NCBI RefSeq assembly: GCF_000961095.1
Contig: NZ_CP011058.1
Location: forward strand, 3,478,492-3,542,491
Origin: Paenibacillus beijingensis
GTDB taxonomy: Bacteria > Bacillota > Bacilli > Paenibacillales > Paenibacillaceae
Reading direction: 5' to 3'
Length of the DNA stretch: 64,000 nucleotides
A model generated the notes under the pieces. That model was not told where the DNA came from and searched no databases. It was given only the letters and a program-made list of their open reading frames with translations. Every line of letters begins with the position of its first letter. Position 1 is the first letter of the stretch. The position numbers were made by a program, and so were the translations under genes. Below, piece by piece: positions 58,473-64,000 of this stretch.

Positions 58473-59363
58473 ATGGCCGGAGCCGTCACCGTCCGTTTGT
58501 CGGAAGAAGCTTCGCACAGGCCGAAGCATATTACCGAATCGGGCCCCGTAAAGTGGCTGCTGATTGGAATCGCGTTTCTGTTCCTGACTCTTATCGTTAT
58601 CCTGCCGCTTATTACCGTCATTACGGAATCGTTCAAAAAAGGCGTCGACGTCTATTTCGCCGCCCTGCAGGACCCGGACGCGCTGGCGGCGCTGAAGCTG
58701 ACGCTGCTCGTCGCCGGCATCGCCGTACCGCTCAATACGATCTTTGGCGTAGCGGCGGCGTGGCTGATCGCGAAATTTCCGTTCCGCGGCAAAAACACGC
58801 TGCTGACTCTGATCGATTTGCCGTTTTCGGTATCTCCGGTTATCGCCGGCCTGGTGTTCGTGCTGCTGTTCGGGGCGCAGGGATATTTGGGACCGTGGCT
58901 TGACGAGCGCAACATCCAGATTGTCTTTGCCGTCCCCGGCATCGTGCTGGCCACCATTTTCGTTACGTTTCCGTTTGTCGCCCGGGAGCTCGTCCCGCTC
59001 ATGCAGGCGCAAGGGACGCAGGACGAGGAGGCGGCGGCAAGCTTGGGCGCGGGAGGCTGGCAAATTTTTTGGCGGGTGACGCTGCCTAATATTAAGTGGG
59101 GGCTGCTGTACGGCGTCATCTTGTGTAACGCCCGCGCCATGGGCGAGTTCGGCGCCGTGTCGGTCGTGTCGGGGCATATTCGCGGAGAGACGAACACGCT
59201 GCCGCTGCATATCGAAATTTTATATAACGAATATGCCTTCTCCGCCTCGTTCGCGGTCGCATCGCTGCTGATGCTGCTGGCGCTGCTGACGCTGGCCGTG
59301 AAAGGGTTCGTGGAATGGAGAACCGCCGCGCTGGGGCGGAATACAACAAAATCGGAGGGATAG
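58473..59363 (+). CDS. cysW: sulfate ABC transporter permease CysW
   Basis: Paralogue of CysT with an EAA loop. Confidence 0.85.
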   Translation: MAGAVTVRLSEEASHRPKHITESGPVKWLLIGIAFLFLTLIVILPLITVITESFKKGVDVYFAALQDPDALAALKLTLLVAGIAVPLNTIFGVAAAWLIAKFPFRGKNTLLTLIDLPFSVSPVIAGLVFVLLFGAQGYLGPWLDERNIQIVFAVPGIVLATIFVTFPFVARELVPLMQAQGTQDEEAAASLGAGGWQIFWRVTLPNIKWGLLYGVILCNARAMGEFGAVSVVSGHIRGETNTLPLHIEILYNEYAFSASFAVASLLMLLALLTLAVKGFVEWRTAALGRNTTKSEG

Positions 59364-59366
59364 CAT

Positions 59367-59555
59367 ATGGCAAAACCGCTGGAAATTGATGAGGCTTGGA
59401 TCGACCGGATCGCCGACCAGGTGAATGGTCTGGAGTACGGTTCGGTACTGATCACGGTGCATGACGGACGCATAGTGCAGATTGACCGGACGGAGCGCAA
59501 GCGTTACGACGCCGCTGCCCTTACCCGTCAGGAAAACTCCGCTTCAGCGAAATAA
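59367..59555 (+). CDS. YezD family protein (DUF2292)
   Basis: 62 aa, VLITVHDGRIVQIDRTE. Typical small partner gene of sulfate-uptake operons. Confidence 0.7.
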   Translation: MAKPLEIDEAWIDRIADQVNGLEYGSVLITVHDGRIVQIDRTERKRYDAAALTRQENSASAK

Positions 59556-59610
59556 TGCAAGAAGCCCGTCCGTTGATGGAACAAAAGATGAAAACTAAAC
59601 CGTTGAAACC

Positions 59611-59656
59611 GAAAATCCCTGCCGCTTCCAGGAAGCTCCGGCAGGGATTTTTTTTA
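59611..59656 (+). terminator. rho-independent terminator
   Basis: AAATCCCTGCCG...CGGCAGGGATTTTTTTT. Confidence 0.75.
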
Positions 59657-59676
59657 CAGCCCGAATCGGTCATGTA

Positions 59677-60033
59677 TTACATGAAGTAAGTATTTTTCGT
59701 TTTCCATTCTTTAAGCTTGATCGACAACCAAAAAGAATAGATGCCTAAAGTTACAATCGTAAGCAAAAACCATTTGATCCACTGTCCAAACAGACTAATC
59801 GCCGTTCCTTCAAAACGGAGCCGCCGCCCCTCTATAACGGTGTGCTCGATTTCCCATTTGTAAATCATCGTGATGCTCCAAGGATAACAAATGCCAAATG
59901 TGATGATCGTAACAAACCAACCGGCAATGTATAGACCGATGAGTTGTCGGAGCTTCCCGTCAAAATAGGATTGAATCTCCAGTCTGGCTGGCTGTGGCGC
60001 AGCATCATTGACGCTTGCCATATTGAAGCTCAT
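59677..60033 (-). CDS. hypothetical membrane protein
   Basis: 118 aa with two to three TM helices. Confidence 0.4.
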   Translation of the reverse strand: MSFNMASVNDAAPQPARLEIQSYFDGKLRQLIGLYIAGWFVTIITFGICYPWSITMIYKWEIEHTVIEGRRLRFEGTAISLFGQWIKWFLLTIVTLGIYSFWLSIKLKEWKTKNTYFM

Positions 60034-60587
60034 TCAACCTCCGCCCTTCTCCCTTGATTTCCGTAATTTGATTCGACTTCCGGGACTAATTTCCTGCAAA
60101 AAACGAATGAAACAAGAAAAATCCCCACTAGCCGTGCCAGCGGGTATTCATCCGTGCGACCTTTGGTCGATTGCTTTGCTCTTATGAACTTGTCACTTCC
60201 ACCCATTTAACGAACACTTCGGTAAGCTTTTGTTTCTTGGCTTGCACATCATTCATGTCGGTCAATTTAACGATCGCTCTGTCAACAGAAACTCGGCGCA
60301 TTCCATTTTATGTGTTCGGTAATTTGGCTATTTGCACTTAAAATGATTTTTCGAAACTCCTCTATTTCCTGCTTCAGAGATGTTCGAGATGATTCATGAA
60401 TTCCATGACTTGTTGATGACCGGATAATTTCATTGATTGCTTGCCTCCTGAGAACTTAAGGAACATTGATCGATTGTCATTCGATTCGAAATTCAACAAT
60501 GAAGTTAACCGATTGATGCAGCAAAAAAAGAAAGCGGTTACGGAAACGGTGACTAATAGGTGAAGGTTAACAGGTCTGAGCAGGGGA

Positions 60588-60740
60588 TCAGGAGATCAAG
60601 TACTTGATCACGACGGCAGCGGCAAACACGATAATCATAAAAGCGGACATACCGACGGCGCCCATCATGAGATCGCCCAAATCATCGCGCGGCTCCTCGT
60701 TCACATGCTCGCGCGGATCGCGGACATTAGCGTTATCCAT
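60588..60740 (-). CDS. small tail-anchored membrane protein (50 aa)
   Basis: MDNANVRDPREHVNEEPRDDLGDLMMGAVGMSAFMIIVFAAAVVIKYLIS. Strong RBS GGGGAGG six nt before the ATG. Below the ORF-track cutoff. Confidence 0.45.
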   Translation of the reverse strand: MDNANVRDPREHVNEEPRDDLGDLMMGAVGMSAFMIIVFAAAVVIKYLIS

Positions 60741-61024
60741 CGAACATACCTCCCCGGGACGCGGTCCAACGACTGGAGCGACTCTCCCGTCTTTGCCGCC
60801 ATCCGTAAATGGTTGATCTACAGCTACAGTATACCCAACTTACCCGGAATCTGTAAACGGCGGCTTTGGCCGGCAGCCTGATTTGACCCAGGCGATTGCC
60901 GAGCTCGTTTACAGCAGGTGATGAGAGTTGATGCTGGCGGGATACCGAACGCTTGCTCCCTGTGCTAAAATAAGTGTGAGGCGTTTAAGACGTTTTGAAA
61001 GAAAGGTGGTCGGTGAAACGAAAG

Positions 61025-63073
61025 ATGGACACGATTCGGGGCAAGCTTGCGCTGCTTCCGGACCAGCCGGGCTGTTACTTGATGAAGAACGGGGAAGGCG
61101 ACATCATATATGTCGGCAAGGCGAAGGTTCTCAAAAACCGCGTCCGGTCTTATTTTAACGGTACCCATAACGGGAAAACACAGCGGCTTGTTTCGGAAAT
61201 CCGCGATTTTGAATATATCGTCACCTCCAGCAACATGGAGGCGCTTATTCTGGAATGCAACCTGATCAAAAAATATCATCCGCGGTACAACGTGCTGTTA
61301 AAGGATGACAAGTCGTTTCCTTATATTAAAATTACGAATGAAACCCACCCGCGACTGGAAGTGACGCGGCGCATCGTGAAGGATAAAGGCAAATATTTCG
61401 GTCCGTACCCGAATGCGTTCGCCGCCCAGCAGACGAAGAAGCTGCTGGATCGGCTGTACCCGCTGCGCAAATGCAAAAGCCTCCCGGACAAAGTGTGCCT
61501 GTACTATCATATGGGCCAATGCGTCGCCCCGTGCGAGTTCGAGGTGGAGCCGGGAACGTACGAAGCGATGGTGCAGGAGATCAGCCGTTTCTTGAACGGC
61601 GGCCACGATGAGGTGAAGGCGGAGCTGCAACGCAAGATGGAAGCGGCGGCGGAATCGCTGGAATTCGAGCGGGCGAAGGAATACCGGGATCAAATGACGG
61701 CGATCGACGCGGTGATGGAAAAGCAAAAAATTACGCTGGCCGACGCGATGGACCGGGATGTGTTCGGCTACGCCGTGGACAAAGGCTGGATGTGCGTGCA
61801 AATTTTGTACATGCGCCAAGGCAAGCTGATCGGACGCCATGCGTCTTCCTTTCCTTATTACGGGGAGGCGTACGACGATTTCATCACGTTCGTGACGCAG
61901 TATTACAGCGACAACCCGGCGCTGCCGAAGGAAATTTTGCTGCCGGCTCCGCAAGAGGAGCAAGGCGGAGCGGCAGCTTCGGTGTCGGGATCCGGCGCGT
62001 ATGGCGAGGCGAGTGACGGCGCCCGGGAGCGGGAGCATGCGGCCGCTGCAGCCGCGGAACCCAGAGCGAATGCCGAGTCCAGTGGCGATGCAAGGGAGCA
62101 TGCGGCCGCTTCGGCCGCTCCCGCGGCGGAAGGCGGGGCGGAACCGGCCGCACCGAATGAGGGCGATGAATCCGCGGGAATAGCTTCCCCAGCCGAGGAA
62201 GAACATGCCCCCGGTTCCCATGCCGATGATGTCCGTTCCACGCTGCAGTCGTGGCTGAAAGTAAAGGTATACATGCCGCAGCGTGGACGGAAGCGGGAAG
62301 TGGTCGCGATGGCGGTCGACAACGCGAAGGTGACGCTCGACGAGAAGTTCCGGCTGATCGAACGGGACGAGGAGCGGAGCGTGAAAGCGTCGGGCGGTCT
62401 GGCCCGTTACTTGGGGCTGGAGACGATCCGCCGCATCGAAGCGTTCGACAACTCCAACATTCAAGGGACGAACCCGGTATCGGCAATGGTCGTCTTCACC
62501 GACGGCAAGCCGGACCGCAAGGAATACCGCAAATACAAGGTGCGCACGGTGCAGGGGCCCGACGATTATGAAACGATGCGGGAAGTGATCCGCCGCCGGT
62601 ACGAGCGGGTGCTCAAGGAAGGGCTGGAGATGCCCGACCTGATCGTCGTGGACGGCGGCAAAGGCCAAATTTCCGCCGCCATCGACGTGCTGGAAAATGA
62701 ACTGGGCCTCTATTTGCCCGTTTGCGGCCTTGTGAAGGACGCCAAGCACAAGACGGCCCAGCTGATGACGGGAGACCCGCCGGAGGCGGTGCCGCTGCCG
62801 CGCGACAGCCAGGAATTTTATTTGCTGCAGCGCATCCAGGACGAGGTGCACCGCTTTGCCATCTCGTTTCACCGCGAGCAGCGCGGCAAATCGATGGTGG
62901 CGTCCCGGCTCGACGCCATCCCCGGCATCGGGGAGAAGCGGCGCAAGCTGCTGCTTAAGCATTTCGGCTCGCTCAAAAAAATTCGCGAGGCGTCCATCGA
63001 GGACTTCCGTCCGCTGTCGATCGGCGACAAGCTGGCGGCGCAAATTTTGGAGGCGCTGAACGAAGAGGAATAG
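61025..63073 (+). CDS. uvrC: excinuclease ABC subunit C
   Basis: GIY-YIG (GCYLMKN...IYVGKA), UvrBC-interaction, endoV/RNaseH-like and HhH domains. The N-terminus matches B. subtilis UvrC from [20 protein letters not shown]. About 95 extra Ala/Glu-rich residues are inserted at 61960-62240. Confidence 0.85.
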   Translation: MDTIRGKLALLPDQPGCYLMKNGEGDIIYVGKAKVLKNRVRSYFNGTHNGKTQRLVSEIRDFEYIVTSSNMEALILECNLIKKYHPRYNVLLKDDKSFPYIKITNETHPRLEVTRRIVKDKGKYFGPYPNAFAAQQTKKLLDRLYPLRKCKSLPDKVCLYYHMGQCVAPCEFEVEPGTYEAMVQEISRFLNGGHDEVKAELQRKMEAAAESLEFERAKEYRDQMTAIDAVMEKQKITLADAMDRDVFGYAVDKGWMCVQILYMRQGKLIGRHASSFPYYGEAYDDFITFVTQYYSDNPALPKEILLPAPQEEQGGAAASVSGSGAYGEASDGAREREHAAAAAAEPRANAESSGDAREHAAASAAPAAEGGAEPAAPNEGDESAGIASPAEEEHAPGSHADDVRSTLQSWLKVKVYMPQRGRKREVVAMAVDNAKVTLDEKFRLIERDEERSVKASGGLARYLGLETIRRIEAFDNSNIQGTNPVSAMVVFTDGKPDRKEYRKYKVRTVQGPDDYETMREVIRRRYERVLKEGLEMPDLIVVDGGKGQISAAIDVLENELGLYLPVCGLVKDAKHKTAQLMTGDPPEAVPLPRDSQEFYLLQRIQDEVHRFAISFHREQRGKSMVASRLDAIPGIGEKRRKLLLKHFGSLKKIREASIEDFRPLSIGDKLAAQILEALNEEE

Positions 63074-63105
63074 GCAACGCGGAGTCGGAGGTCCTTTCCT
63101 CGTTA

Positions 63106-63300
63106 AACCTGCAACGGTGCAGAGAATACCTGTAACAGAGTGGTGGAGGTTTTTCGACCGAAATTGCATGTCTTGAGAGAATACCTGCGATTGTGCAGGT
63201 ATTATCGATCGAAATCGCATGAATAGAGAAAATGCCTGCGATGGTGCAGGAATTACGGGCTACAATGGTCTGAACGTGAGATCGGGTCAACAATAAAAGC
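63106..63300. repeat. three to four degenerate tandem repeats of 50-65 bp, each with a CCTGC-N6-GCAGG hairpin
   Basis: GAGAATACCTGCGATTGTGCAGGTATT...CGAAATCGCATG reiterated with decay, downstream of uvrC. Confidence 0.55.
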
Positions 63301-63658
63301 ACTTTTGCAGGAATTTTATCGTAATCAATAAATAAAATGAAAAAAGATGTACGAACGCATCATTTTCAACAATCACCCCTTCGTTCAAAGCGATAAAGCC
63401 GAACGAACCGGCCAAGGATAGCCCCTTGATCGGTTCGTTTTTCGCTTTTGAAGCGGAAAAACTTGATTGATACGACTCAAAGCCTGATTATGGGACAGCC
63501 CCGTTCGTTTTGTAATTGTGATTTGGCGATTCGCTCCGGATTGGGTAGATTGGACGATTTTGCGATGTGATTGATAATTTGCTATCGGCTTTGCGACGCA
63601 CCGCCGTTATTTGATGGACGTATTAAAGGATACCCTGATGAAGACGGCCTTGGGAGGG

Positions 63659-64000
63659 TTACGCGATCGTGGGGCTGCCCGTCCGACTTCCGCTGTATTT
63701 GCGCAGCAGCCAGGCGACTCCGACAGGAGCCAAAATATAGACGATGCCTGCGATGATGTCGCGGACCGAGCCCAGGAAGAACAGCGAGCTCGACATCAGG
63801 ACGCTGTCCATAATGGCGTGTGTGAAGACCGCGGTAATAAACCCGTACCGGAGGAAAATAAAACTGAACAGCAGCCCGAGCAGCGTCACCTCGATCAGGC
63901 GCGTCGTCGACGGATAGATCGGGTAAGTAACATGTCCAAGCGCCCAAATAACGGTCGGAATAAGCGAGGCGACGAACGGGCTGCGCAGCCATTTGCGCAT
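63659..64000 (-). CDS. CPBP family intramembrane metalloprotease (CAAX protease), C-terminal part; 5' end beyond the window
   Basis: Conserved His-containing TM motifs (WALGHV, FTHAIMD). Confidence 0.6.
   Translation of the reverse strand: MRKWLRSPFVASLIPTVIWALGHVTYPIYPSTTRLIEVTLLGLLFSFIFLRYGFITAVFTHAIMDSVLMSSSLFFLGSVRDIIAGIVYILAPVGVAWLLRKYSGSRTGSPTIA

Noticed and set aside
61298-63220. 640-aa minus-strand ORF
   Set aside because: Antisense to uvrC.
63106-63300. CRISPR array
   Set aside because: Repeats are degenerate rather than identical, unit lengths vary, and there are no discrete spacers and no cas genes.

Overview
This is a high-GC, spore-forming Firmicute chromosome segment, most likely Paenibacillus-like. 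Evidence: Sda, a YjcZ-type small sporulation protein, YheC/D, a SpoVB-like flippase and the Bacillus-type dnaB-dnaI pair are all present. Housekeeping genes occupy both ends: SCO1, a PBP2-family transpeptidase, ctaA, a UbiD-like decarboxylase, NifU/YuzB/YutJ/IscA (yut-like block), NDH-2/HemQ (yum-like block), dnaB-dnaI, sulfate ABC uptake and uvrC. Between about 22.0 kb and 44.8 kb lies an accessory region with patchy lower GC and clear gene decay. It carries two peptide-antibiotic resistance modules, each a two-component system plus an ABC transporter (one LanFEG/BcrAB-like, one BceRS-BceAB-like). It also carries a GGDEF cyclase, an IS110 element inside a decayed sugar ABC operon, and several pseudogenes. 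The centrepiece is an encapsulin nanocompartment locus at about 30.8-32.8 kb. A family-1 encapsulin shell gene is fused in frame to a ferritin-like (IMEF-type) cargo domain that ends in a canonical LTVGSLKG targeting peptide. A strong internal Shine-Dalgarno plus ATG sits exactly at the shell boundary. A divergent 2Fe-2S ferredoxin gene carries the same targeting motif at its N-terminus. A near-consensus Fur box sits on the next promoter downstream. Other notable structures are a perfect 156-bp in-frame tandem duplication across the BceR/BceS junction, a family of about 60-bp direct and inverted repeats bracketing hemQ, a roughly 620-bp structured non-coding region upstream of ctaA, and several small genes the ORF track missed (Sda, YjcZ-like, and a 50-aa membrane protein). 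Coordinates I derived by hand may be off by 1-2 nt.
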